From positions 155,476 to 219,475 of the IMG/VR virus record IMGVR_UViG_3300042540_001822: a DNA stretch of 64,000 nt, one strand, 5' to 3'. This document shows positions 18,983 through 27,591 of the stretch, one piece after another (within the stretch, counting starts at the first letter, position 1; the number at the start of each line of letters is the position of its first letter). Made by a program: the position numbers and the translations under genes. The notes under the pieces were generated by a model. It saw only the letters and a list, made by a program, of their open reading frames with translations. It ran no database searches and was not told the origin of the DNA.

Positions 18983-19915
18983 TCAAACGAAAAATTCTAA
19001 CAAACCTCTTTGGTTGTATTTGACCTTATTTTCTTCATTCAAAACAAATTTTTTTGTAAGGATAAATTCTTTATCTTGTATTTTAACTTCTGTTAATTCT
19101 TCAGAAGGATAATACCAATACGTTCCAGGGTATAGATCAAAACTTTTACCATTCACTTCACACTGTAAACCATAATCTTTATTGTTCATAATATACAAAT
19201 AATAGCCTTGATCAGAAGGAATAGTTTCACAGATTATTTCAATCCCGGAAATTCTATTAATATAACTGTTTTCGAAACCTTGAATAGAATTAAATCCATC
19301 ACACGATTTTATCAAAAATAATTCCTCTTCTGGATAAAAAAAATTATAAAAATCATCTTCTAAATATCCACTTAAATTTTTGATGTCTGGACTTTCTTTA
19401 GTAATTGGAAATCTAAAATTCCTAACGAAAAAATCAATATTTCCACCAAACAATAAAGTATGATAGCCATAACTTGATTCAGTTGGATATTTGTGAAAAA
19501 TCAATTTTTTATTTTCTTTCAACATCTCTGAAAGATGTAAATCAAATGTTTGTAAATCAATATCACCAATTAGATTGTCACACTCAGTGAAAAAAAAGTT
19601 GACAAATCCCAAACGTTGACCTAGTGAAATTCCATTGATCATATTTCTTAAAATAGCGATAGAGTGACCTGGATTTGAGATAGAAACTCTAAATTGGGAG
19701 TTAGCGAACCAAAACCAAGATGTAGATTCTAACATGATGTTTTCCGAATCATAAACACAATAATCAACCATTTTTTGAATTTCTTCTGGTATTGGGAGGT
19801 GTGAGCACACCATCAATTTGTAATTTGTTTTTTTCAATCTGGTCAAACAATCTTTTAAAATATCCAAATGATATTGACTAGAGTGATAAGAATTGACAAT
19901 AATTATCTTTTCCAT
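18983..19915 (-). CDS. Hypothetical protein, putative GT-like; paralog of 12068-13174
   Basis: [28 protein letters not shown]; TECD. Confidence 0.55.
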   Translation of the reverse strand: MEKIIIVNSYHSSQYHLDILKDCLTRLKKTNYKLMVCSHLPIPEEIQKMVDYCVYDSENIMLESTSWFWFANSQFRVSISNPGHSIAILRNMINGISLGQRLGFVNFFFTECDNLIGDIDLQTFDLHLSEMLKENKKLIFHKYPTESSYGYHTLLFGGNIDFFVRNFRFPITKESPDIKNLSGYLEDDFYNFFYPEEELFLIKSCDGFNSIQGFENSYINRISGIEIICETIPSDQGYYLYIMNNKDYGLQCEVNGKSFDLYPGTYWYYPSEELTEVKIQDKEFILTKKFVLNEENKVKYNQRGLLEFFV

Positions 19916-19917
19916 AA

Positions 19918-20367
19918 AAAGGCGTAGTTCTGCGATTTTATCCCTCTGTCTGGGAATTTTTTTTGTTTGAAATATCGTTGAACCTCATTTGGCTCAACTC
20001 GTAATTTGCGTTGACCTGAGCCCAGAGTTTATCACATCTGGAATCCAATTGTTTCTGTAATGATTCAAATAGTTCTTTTTCAGCTCTTATTCTCGAGTCT
20101 TCTCGTTTGCCGATTTCATCTGTAACTTCATCGATTCTACTGTGGATGTAAGAATCATCAGAATGTAGGTTTCCCCTTGTAATTTCAATCTCTTTCCAAA
20201 CCGATTCAATGCGGTCAGAGATTTTGTTTGTGATTTTTCGGTCTAAATCCGAATTCATCTTAAACACGCCCACCACAGTGACCAAGACCACCACGGTAAG
20301 CGCACCTAAAAGAAAATAAAGTGTTTCCATAATTTTTAAATTTTTTTTGAAGCAGAACTACGCCTTT
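19918..20367. repeat. Perfect 16-bp inverted repeat pair enclosing ORF 19938-20330
   Basis: aaaggcgtagttctgc (19918-19933) and gcagaactacgccttt (20352-20367). Confidence 0.9.
19938..20330 (-). CDS. Membrane-anchored coiled-coil protein
   Basis: N-terminal TM LYFLLGALTVVVLVTVVGVF followed by helical soluble domain. Confidence 0.65.
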   Translation of the reverse strand: METLYFLLGALTVVVLVTVVGVFKMNSDLDRKITNKISDRIESVWKEIEITRGNLHSDDSYIHSRIDEVTDEIGKREDSRIRAEKELFESLQKQLDSRCDKLWAQVNANYELSQMRFNDISNKKNSQTEG

Positions 20368-20400
20368 GGGATTTGTATATGAAATTCCACAAAAGTTTCC

Positions 20401-20431
20401 AAAAAAAAAAGTTTGTCCGAAGACAAACTTT
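20401..20431 (-). terminator. Intrinsic terminator after tmRNA
   Basis: AAAGTTTGTC-TTCG-GACAAACTTT then U-run. Confidence 0.85.
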
Positions 20432-20435
20432 GTTG

Positions 20436-20872
20436 TGGAGCTGGGCGGATTCGAACCGCCGTCCTGTTAGGTAGATCTTGGAAACTCATTCACAGGCTTA
20501 GTCTATTTTTATAAACAGACAAATCTTTACCTCCTAGTTTTTGACTGTGATAGGAGATAATCCACAGCGTCTTCCCTTACAGCGATCTGAAGGGTATTGG
20601 GCCGGAGCCCGCAGGGTTACTGAGGGTCGACGAATTTTGTGGTACTATTAACCCTTTTTCCCACAATTGTGACTTTCTGTTCCTGGGCGTCACCTCCCGG
20701 TGTTTAGGCTGCCAAGGCAACTTCAACCGACTCCACTGAACCTAGTCCAGCAAGAGCAAAAAATGGATTTTCGCCATTTGAAAAGTACTTAGGATATTTA
20801 GGTGCTTCCAAAGCTAGCACCGCCTGCATCATGTCAAAGAACTTGTTCCTCCAGTCGATTCCTGTCAGCCCC
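20436..20872 (-). ncRNA. ssrA: tmRNA
   Basis: 5' GGGGCTGACAGGAATCGAC; 3' GGCGGTTCGAATCCGCCCAGCTCCA; G3.U alanine pair; tag frame 20775-20704 GENPFFALAGLGSVESVEVALAA*. Confidence 0.93.
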
Positions 20873-20882
20873 GAAGTTGTGT

Positions 20883-20909
20883 TTATATATGTACGAAAAA
20901 AAAAGTTTC
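20883..20909 (-). promoter_or_regulatory. Putative promoter of tmRNA
   Basis: GAAAC-N16-ATATAA about 10 nt upstream of tmRNA 5' end. Confidence 0.45.
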
Positions 20910-21300
20910 ATAATTTGACCTCAAATCTTTTCGCCATAGCATCTAACTTGTCAGAAGGAACTCCGTGAACATTTTCACCCATGTGTCGGTTTTCTACGAT
21001 CGCGGTGGAAACCAGATAACCGAATTTTTCGGCCATTTGAAAATAAGGTTCCATTTCCCATTCCTGTGTAAATGTATTTGATACGATAATTAAAGGGTGG
21101 TCCAAAAACATCCAATCTTTAACCATTGTTTGGCACCACTCGTGAGCCTGCTTTAATTTGTCACCTTGGAATTTATATTCTCCATCTACCATGAAAAATT
21201 GGTCAGCTTCAACGTGAAAAACCCCATAACCTCCTAACCTTTTGGCCAAAGTTGATTTACCAGATCCGGGCAAACCCCGGAGTAAAAGAAGTGTATTCAT
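20908..21300 (-). CDS. AAA_33/N4BP2-like P-loop kinase
   Basis: LLRGLPGSGKST, EADQFF, IVSNTF, HGVP. Confidence 0.85.
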   Translation of the reverse strand: MNTLLLLRGLPGSGKSTLAKRLGGYGVFHVEADQFFMVDGEYKFQGDKLKQAHEWCQTMVKDWMFLDHPLIIVSNTFTQEWEMEPYFQMAEKFGYLVSTAIVENRHMGENVHGVPSDKLDAMAKRFEVKL

Positions 21301-21313
21301 GATTTAAATTTGT

Positions 21314-21988
21314 TTAATTGGTTTTCTTTGTGATTACCCCATCGATGATTCCATAGGCCTTGGCTTCCTCGGCATCGAGCCAAAAATCACGGGTTGCGTC
21401 CTCCTGAACCTTTGCCGGATCCTTACCACAAAAATCACCAAGTAGTTCAAATAGGATTTTATTCACCTTTTCCCATTCTTGAAAGTCAATTTTTGCGTCC
21501 TGGATGTTTCCTTCGAAGCCTCCAGAAGATTGGTGCAACATCACCTTAGAGAAGCGAAGAGAAAATCTTTTTCCCTTGGTCCCAGCACCTAATAGCACAG
21601 ATCCCATAGAAGCTGCCATGCCCGTGTTGATTGTGGAGATGTCAGATTTAATGTACTGCATGACATCCACCATTGAAAGTCCAGATTTAACCGATCCCCC
21701 TGGTGAATCGATGTGCATTGTGATGTCCCTTTCATCAACGGAATCTAAAAACATCAGCTGTGCCTGAACTACTGTCGACATGGAATCACGGACCGGACCT
21801 GCCACCCATAAAATTCTGTCCATCATGAGTCTTGAAAAAATGTCCAATTGTGTCACCCGAAGTTCTCTTTCTTCTAGAATGTAGGGGGTTAGTGAGCTTT
21901 GAACTTGTTTTTCATAGTAGTCCAAAGTGGAGGAACTAATTCCTTGAGATAGGGAGAATTTTTGAAATTCCGAAAAAAGTTTTGACAT
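21314..21988 (-). CDS. clpP: ATP-dependent Clp protease proteolytic subunit
   Basis: DIFSRLMMDRI, IDSPGGSV, AASMG (Ser), MLHQ (His), RDFWLDAEEAKAYGIID. Confidence 0.95.
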   Translation of the reverse strand: MSKLFSEFQKFSLSQGISSSTLDYYEKQVQSSLTPYILEERELRVTQLDIFSRLMMDRILWVAGPVRDSMSTVVQAQLMFLDSVDERDITMHIDSPGGSVKSGLSMVDVMQYIKSDISTINTGMAASMGSVLLGAGTKGKRFSLRFSKVMLHQSSGGFEGNIQDAKIDFQEWEKVNKILFELLGDFCGKDPAKVQEDATRDFWLDAEEAKAYGIIDGVITKKTN

Positions 21989-22020
21989 GGTTTTAATTTA
22001 AAATGTAAAATTTTCTAACC

Positions 22021-22052
22021 CAAATATACGAACAAGAGAACTTAAAATTCCC
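22021..22052 (-). promoter_or_regulatory. Putative promoter of clpP
   Basis: GGAATTTT-N14-GTATATTTG; also contains Bacteroidota-type TAnnTTTG. Confidence 0.45.
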
Positions 22053-22187
22053 TTACTTGTGATAATTAATTAACCTTTGATGATTCCTTTTAAAAAGGTT
22101 TCTTTAGCAATACACTCATCCTCAAATTCGTTCAAAAGCATGAACATGAAACCAAACAAAAATATGGCCCAAAACATGCTATGAAAT

Positions 22188-22499
22188 TTAAATCAAAGAG
22201 GTGTTTACTGTTCTATTTGCAACCCCGGCTATTCCTGGAAAAGAAGAAAAAACGTTGGTCATATCTTTAATCGTCGTGTCCCAAGGAGAATGGCTTTCGT
22301 TAAATCTGACCATAGGATAAAATACTGGTGATTCGTAATTTCCACCCCGGATTGGCATTTTGCACCTGACTGGCGGGTGACTAACCGCCTGTAAATAAAA
22401 AACTGCAGATCCATCTGGAGTAAATCGAATTTCGGACACCTCAATGTCACTTCTCTCTTTTCCAGTGAGAAAATTTTTTAACTCGTCTCTGAAGTTCAT
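22188..22499 (-). CDS. Hypothetical protein
   Basis: ORF with ATGA overlap to trx. Confidence 0.55.
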   Translation of the reverse strand: MNFRDELKNFLTGKERSDIEVSEIRFTPDGSAVFYLQAVSHPPVRCKMPIRGGNYESPVFYPMVRFNESHSPWDTTIKDMTNVFSSFPGIAGVANRTVNTSLI

Positions 22500-22780
22500 A
22501 ATTCTGAAGTGTGTTTTTGAATGAGATCCTGATAAAAACCTTCGGGTTTCAAACCTTTAACGTTTTCTAAAACTGAATTTTCTTTCATAAATAAAACCGT
22601 AGGCAAAGATCTAATTCCAAATTCCGCTGTTCTTTCCTTATTTTCATCAACGTTAATTTTCACAATTTCAACGTTTGGATTTTTTGATTTTAAATTTTCT
22701 AAAATTGGATTAAGCATACGGCAGGGTCCACACCATTCGGCATAAAAATCTAAAATTGTAAGTGGAGTAGGGTTTGACAT
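22496..22780 (-). CDS. trxA: Thioredoxin
   Basis: DFYAEWCGPCR, INVDE, IRSLPT. Confidence 0.95.
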   Translation of the reverse strand: MSNPTPLTILDFYAEWCGPCRMLNPILENLKSKNPNVEIVKINVDENKERTAEFGIRSLPTVLFMKENSVLENVKGLKPEGFYQDLIQKHTSEL

Positions 22781-22825
22781 AAAAGTTTTTAAAATATTAG
22801 ATAAAATAGAAAAAATTGTTTCTTT

Positions 22826-23146
22826 TCAATAAACAATAGTTTGTGTCATATCTGGATTTGTTCTGTAAATTACCTCGGGACCAGGTGACATGATAACTGA
22901 AAGTTCATCTGACAGTGTTTGCAAACTTTGGATAAAATTTTGAACGTCGTCTTTTTTGGAAGCGGGAAAATTAAAATGAGTCATAACATCATTAGTCAGG
23001 GACTCAATAGAATCATCAAATTGCCCGGCATCATGAAAATCCATGTCCTTTTCATATTTTGAAACGAAGTCTTTGATTTCGTCCTGTTCTACCTGTGACA
23101 AAGAAAGATTCGACACAAAATCATCAAATTCTAGAATTCTTTTCAT
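22826..23146 (-). CDS. Hypothetical protein with CTS-like N-terminus
   Basis: MKRILEFDDFVS. Confidence 0.6.
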   Translation of the reverse strand: MKRILEFDDFVSNLSLSQVEQDEIKDFVSKYEKDMDFHDAGQFDDSIESLTNDVMTHFNFPASKKDDVQNFIQSLQTLSDELSVIMSPGPEVIYRTNPDMTQTIVY

Positions 23147-23161
23147 ATGACAAATTTTTTT

Positions 23162-23174
23162 GATATATATATAT
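23162..23174. promoter_or_regulatory. TA-run/GATATATA motif in divergent intergenic region
   Basis: gatatatatatatt between divergent ORFs 23146(-) and 23195(+). Confidence 0.5.
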
Positions 23175-23194
23175 TATAACCAAATAAATACAAA

Positions 23195-23641
23195 ATGGAA
23201 AAACATGATAAGGATAAAGATTTCTTGATCCAAGATTCGACAGAAGAATTTGAAACAACTGATTTGGATTCAAATGATGAATTCACCCTTGAAGAGGAGG
23301 ATTTTGACGAAGAGCCAGCAGAAGATATCGTAATTCAACCCCAAGAAGATAAAGACGAGGATGAAGATGATGATGATGAGGAAGATGATGACGAAGATCA
23401 GAAATCATCTGACACCGAAGATGAAATTTCCATGCAATATTACATGGATGATGAACCAGGAAAACCGGAGTTTAAAAAATCTAATAAAGAAGAAGATGAT
23501 GGGGAAGATGATGAGGATGATGAAGATGAATATATTTCTTTAAGTCACTCAGGGGAAGAACACAAAACCCCACAGAAATCCTCAAAAGGAACAAAGATAC
23601 TTTCATTTGAAGATTTTGTAGATGGTCTGGACGAGGATTAA
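23195..23641 (+). CDS. Extremely acidic low-complexity protein
   Basis: Long D/E tracts; C-terminal KILSFEDFVDG. Confidence 0.65.
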   Translation: MEKHDKDKDFLIQDSTEEFETTDLDSNDEFTLEEEDFDEEPAEDIVIQPQEDKDEDEDDDDEEDDDEDQKSSDTEDEISMQYYMDDEPGKPEFKKSNKEEDDGEDDEDDEDEYISLSHSGEEHKTPQKSSKGTKILSFEDFVDGLDED

Positions 23642-23820
23642 TCCTCTGAAGTAGTACTTCTTCCAAGATCTCTACGGATCAGTTTTCTGACATAGTGAGA
23701 AATAGAAACTGGGGGATCACCTTTAGTTAAAGCTTGTTTCGAGATTTTTTTCCCAAGTTCTTCTAGATCTTCGCTAGAAAGCAACACTTGGATTTTTTCG
23801 GATTTTTCTTCTTTTGCCAT
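23638..23820 (-). CDS. Ribbon-helix-helix-like DNA-binding protein
   Basis: KIQVLLSSEDLEEL...SISHYVRKLIRRDL. Confidence 0.55.
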   Translation of the reverse strand: MAKEEKSEKIQVLLSSEDLEELGKKISKQALTKGDPPVSISHYVRKLIRRDLGRSTTSED

Positions 23821-23833
23821 GATTGATTTTTTT

Positions 23834-25306
23834 TTAAATTGATTCGAATTTTATACCTCCATGAGGCATTCCTTTTGTTTTAAGTGGTCTGTAACCTTTC
23901 ATTTCGTCTGTAACTACGAATGCCTTATGAGGATTAACCATTACCCCCATTCTTTTCATTAAACCTCTATTTGCCAAAAAAGGAGTGCTTTTTTGAATTC
24001 TGTCAGTAGGTGCAACCTTAACATCGGAAATTTTAACTCCATTGAGCATCAAATCCAATGATATAATAGGTCTTTTTTCTTTTTCCCTTCCAATTTCAGT
24101 GTTTGTGTAACCTATAATTTCATCTGCGAAAGTATTTTCACCTATTTTCCAATATAGAACTCCATTTTTTTCCTCCAATTCATCAGCGTGAATCGAAGAG
24201 GCTGAAGATCCATTACCAGTGTCAAATTTTGCCACCATTTTACCAATTCTGGGAATATCTAAAGTTTCTAAATAGCCAACCTCCATTTTGCTATAGCTCC
24301 AATTATTCTTGTCTATAACATAGTCAATAACATCTCCAACAATAGGTCTTCCAATTGCCTGAGAAATACCTTCTGTTCCAGGAGAAGAATTGACCTCCAA
24401 AATGTAGGGTTTACCCGATTCAGCATCAATCATGATGTCTACTCCACACCAGTGGCTTCCGACTGCATTAGCGGCTTCACAAGCGAGAGCTGCTGTTTCT
24501 TCGTCGATATCATAGGATGAAACCTGCCCTCCCAAAGAGTAATTAGTTCTAAAGTCTTTTTCAACAGCTTCTCTTTTCATGGAACCGAGAATGGTGTAAT
24601 TTCCTTTTTTTGAAATAAGTGGATCGAATCTTTTAACGATTACCTGAATTCTAAGATCAAAATTAGAATTAATCTTTTCTTGTATCAAAATTTCCTTTTC
24701 CGGGTCTAGCTTTGCTATGGTCTGATAAACCGACTTTAAAGAAGCATAAGAATCAACAATCGAAACTCCAATTCCCTGGGTCCCAGACAGTAATTTCATA
24801 ACGACAGGAAATTTACCTCCAATCTGCTCCAAAGCGGAATCTAGATTGTCTTCCCCGTTGACTAATGCGTATCTAGGAACGGGTAAACCCTCACCCTCCA
24901 AAATCCGGGAGGTAAGAAATTTGCTTTCACAAATCTCAATTGATTCTAAAGAGTTAACGCAAAAATATCTAGATGCCTCCAAATCTCTCATGATTTGTTT
25001 GGTGTAGGAGTTGGTAATAACTCCTCTCCGAGGAATAATTGCAGTTTTATCTGGTTTAATTAGAATTTCTTTGCCATCTTTTTTTCCTTCACGAACCATG
25101 TGTCCGTTGTAAATTTTTTCCAACGTTATGTTGTTTATGTCCACCACGTTGCAGACGATTCCCCGATTTTCACACTCGGCCATAAAAGATTTAGAGGTAG
25201 GGCTGGGTTTGGCGGTACCGGACAGGATAAGAATTTCTACCCCATCTGAGGACTCGGATTCATTCAAGAAGGTTGAAAAATTAACAACAGAAGGAGCAAA
25301 GGACAT
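23834..25306 (-). CDS. rimK: RimK-family ATP-grasp ligase fused to retropepsin-like (RimB/Zn_protease) domain
   Basis: CESKFLT..L...GLPVPR, PVVMKLLSGTQGIGV, IQEKI..FDLR, FRTNYSLGG, GVDI, LEVNSSPG; C-terminal KFDTGNG; start at MSFAPS. Confidence 0.85.
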   Translation of the reverse strand: MSFAPSVVNFSTFLNESESSDGVEILILSGTAKPSPTSKSFMAECENRGIVCNVVDINNITLEKIYNGHMVREGKKDGKEILIKPDKTAIIPRRGVITNSYTKQIMRDLEASRYFCVNSLESIEICESKFLTSRILEGEGLPVPRYALVNGEDNLDSALEQIGGKFPVVMKLLSGTQGIGVSIVDSYASLKSVYQTIAKLDPEKEILIQEKINSNFDLRIQVIVKRFDPLISKKGNYTILGSMKREAVEKDFRTNYSLGGQVSSYDIDEETAALACEAANAVGSHWCGVDIMIDAESGKPYILEVNSSPGTEGISQAIGRPIVGDVIDYVIDKNNWSYSKMEVGYLETLDIPRIGKMVAKFDTGNGSSASSIHADELEEKNGVLYWKIGENTFADEIIGYTNTEIGREKEKRPIISLDLMLNGVKISDVKVAPTDRIQKSTPFLANRGLMKRMGVMVNPHKAFVVTDEMKGYRPLKTKGMPHGGIKFESI

Positions 25307-25329
25307 GAAAGTGGGAAGAAATTTTTCCT

Positions 25330-25337
25330 TATATATC
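25330..25337 (-). promoter_or_regulatory. GATATATA late-promoter-like motif
   Basis: Upstream of rimK start 25306. Confidence 0.55.
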
Positions 25338-25965
25338 ACTTTTTTTCAACAAACTCTGTAAAATAATGTTGATCTGTCTCGAAATTTGTTTTATTTTCTA
25401 CCGAATAAACATTCATATCAATTTTGTAACCAGGATTTTTTTCTATCCTCTTAAATGTCCACGCATTATCCATCCAAATTATTCTATTATTTGGATAGAT
25501 GAAATAATTTCCATTGTCCATCTTGAAAACGTGTCCACATTTGTGTTCTGGTGTTTCTGAAAAATTGGTATCTAATAAGGATCTATTTTCAAAAGACCAA
25601 TCAAGAGTAAAAAGGTAAATCCCCTGTCTTTTTAAACCCGAAATTGAAATTAAATCTGCTCTTAATCCGCTCATTCTTGCCCTCACCTGAACATCGATGT
25701 ACGAGCTAAAGCAATCCCAATAAATATGCTCGCTTAAAGGCAATAATTCAGCATCCTTTTTCCAACAAAAAGCGTTAATGGGTCTTCTTGTCCAATTGAC
25801 CCCATTTTCCAAAAAAGCTTCAAATAATGGAACTCTTTTTTCAATCGAAGCAACCGAATGAACATCTGCTAAGGTAAAATCACCGTGTCCTTTTTCGTGG
25901 TTAAATAAAAATTCATTTCTGATGAAACAGGTCAGAGTTGGGATGTTGTGATTTAGATAGGGCAT
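25336..25965 (-). CDS. Conserved phage hypothetical protein
   Basis: YLNHNIP, WDCFS, TLDW, EHKC, PNNRI; recalled as common in large phages (not verified). Confidence 0.65.
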   Translation of the reverse strand: MPYLNHNIPTLTCFIRNEFLFNHEKGHGDFTLADVHSVASIEKRVPLFEAFLENGVNWTRRPINAFCWKKDAELLPLSEHIYWDCFSSYIDVQVRARMSGLRADLISISGLKRQGIYLFTLDWSFENRSLLDTNFSETPEHKCGHVFKMDNGNYFIYPNNRIIWMDNAWTFKRIEKNPGYKIDMNVYSVENKTNFETDQHYFTEFVEKK

Positions 25966-25993
25966 TTTTTGGAATTAAAATCGATTTTCGAAT

Positions 25994-26257
25994 TTAAATA
26001 TCAAGCAAATATTGGATTTCTACTGCATTCTTGATTTTAAGAAGTTCTGCACACTGTGTGTAATTTTCTTCTAACAACAAAAAATCGATTATTTCCTGAA
26101 CTCTCTCGCACTTAAATCCGGAGGTAAAGGTGGGGTCAGAAATAAATTCAAATTTGTATTTCAAAATTTGGTTGGCATTTTCAAACATGAATTGCCTGTA
26201 ATCTTCAAATTCTTGGTCAATCTCGTCCAGAAGTGGGGTTGTCGTTTCTTTTTTCAT
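25994..26257 (-). CDS. Small protein with UVR-like motif
   Basis: LLLEENYTQCAELLKIK. Confidence 0.55.
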   Translation of the reverse strand: MKKETTTPLLDEIDQEFEDYRQFMFENANQILKYKFEFISDPTFTSGFKCERVQEIIDFLLLEENYTQCAELLKIKNAVEIQYLLDI

Positions 26258-26417
26258 TTTGAATTAATTGTTTCATATAAGACATAGATTCTTCGGGTCC
26301 AGTCAAAGCGTCGGGCTTGTGCCAATACAGTTTCATGAATCTTTGGTCATCTGCCATTCTTTCCCTAATAAGAATTAGTTCCTCTACAGAAGGTAAAGTG
26401 CGTCGGTGGAATCCCAT
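26217..26417 (-). CDS. Hypothetical protein
   Basis: MGFHRRTLP; abuts polymerase stop. Confidence 0.55.
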   Translation of the reverse strand: MGFHRRTLPSVEELILIRERMADDQRFMKLYWHKPDALTGPEESMSYMKQLIQNEKRNDNPTSGRD

Positions 26418-26418
26418 T

Positions 26419-27573
26419 TTAAAAAAGAGTATTAATCATGAAAAGGTTGGGAGAAATCGGGTGGTGACCCATTACTTCTATGAAGCGGTTGATTGGATCT
26501 AAAATTGTTTTGGTGAACTGTTGGTCTAAATCCACCGGAGGAGCATACTCGTAAGGGTAATTTCCTTGAGAATAGGCAAAAACATTGTTTTCCTGTGGAT
26601 TATTGGTTTTAACAAAGTAAAATCTAACTTTTTCTCCGCTTCCTAACAGGGGATATTTGTCCTTGTACTTCGAGTTGTTTAGTATGTAATTATGATAGCC
26701 AGAAGCTCTGACGTGAATAGGGGTAGCCTTGGCAAATTCGAAACCTGTGGTGTCGTTTAAAATGAACTTCTCGTAGTTGTTAACCGAAATAGCCAAGGCG
26801 ATCCGTTCTGGTTCCTGGGCTTTAAAATCTTTCTTGATTGATTTTAACTCTGTAACGAACTCCCTAATGTTGAAAGACCTACCTTTCGTTAAAATAAACT
26901 TAGTTAAGTACATTAGCTTCTCACGAACAAAGGCAGGTGTGCCTCCTTTTATCATCTCAACTCCAGTGGTTTTGATGTTGCTTAGAGGTTCGAACTCCAC
27001 ACCATCTGAGTAAACTGTGTTCGTAACATATTTTTTCTTGCCAAGAAAGATGGCATTAATCGACAAGGTCTCAAGTTCGAAATCCTGATAGTTTTCCGTG
27101 TTCCATTTTTTGGCGTAAATCTCAAAGCACTTTTTAAGATAACCTTTTAATCTAAATTCATTGATTTTTAAAATCAATTCCTTTGGATCTCCTTGCCAGT
27201 TACAAGACGCCACGACTTCCTGAAATGTTACATAATTGGAGTCAGTATCACCATAGATAGTTAAGGGCCGGTGTACCTTCTTGACATCGGTGACTCCTAG
27301 TTTTTCATGAAGATCGACATCATCGTGCCAGAAATCGTGAAAGTATCTATGAATAATTTTTTCTGAATACTTGATTAAATCCTGTCCCTGAAGAGTAACT
27401 GCTTCTGCAACGTCTGTATTAAAGCAAGCAAAGAAATTATTTCCTACCGCTCCATAGATGGAGTTCATCGTTAACTTTACGGCTTGTTCCTCGTTCTTGA
27501 GCTCATTCTTTAGGGAGGTGAGCTCTTCTATTTTTAATTTTAGTTCTTTCGCATTTAGATTATGTGGTTCCAT
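26419..27573 (-). CDS. Family B DNA polymerase, C-terminal subunit (gp43B-like)
   Basis: KLTMNSIYG (motif B), YGDTDS (motif C), KKKY, TTGVEM; no exonuclease or motif A. Confidence 0.92.
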   Translation of the reverse strand: MEPHNLNAKELKLKIEELTSLKNELKNEEQAVKLTMNSIYGAVGNNFFACFNTDVAEAVTLQGQDLIKYSEKIIHRYFHDFWHDDVDLHEKLGVTDVKKVHRPLTIYGDTDSNYVTFQEVVASCNWQGDPKELILKINEFRLKGYLKKCFEIYAKKWNTENYQDFELETLSINAIFLGKKKYVTNTVYSDGVEFEPLSNIKTTGVEMIKGGTPAFVREKLMYLTKFILTKGRSFNIREFVTELKSIKKDFKAQEPERIALAISVNNYEKFILNDTTGFEFAKATPIHVRASGYHNYILNNSKYKDKYPLLGSGEKVRFYFVKTNNPQENNVFAYSQGNYPYEYAPPVDLDQQFTKTILDPINRFIEVMGHHPISPNLFMINTLF

Positions 27574-27591
27574 TCTTGTTCCCAATCTAAT

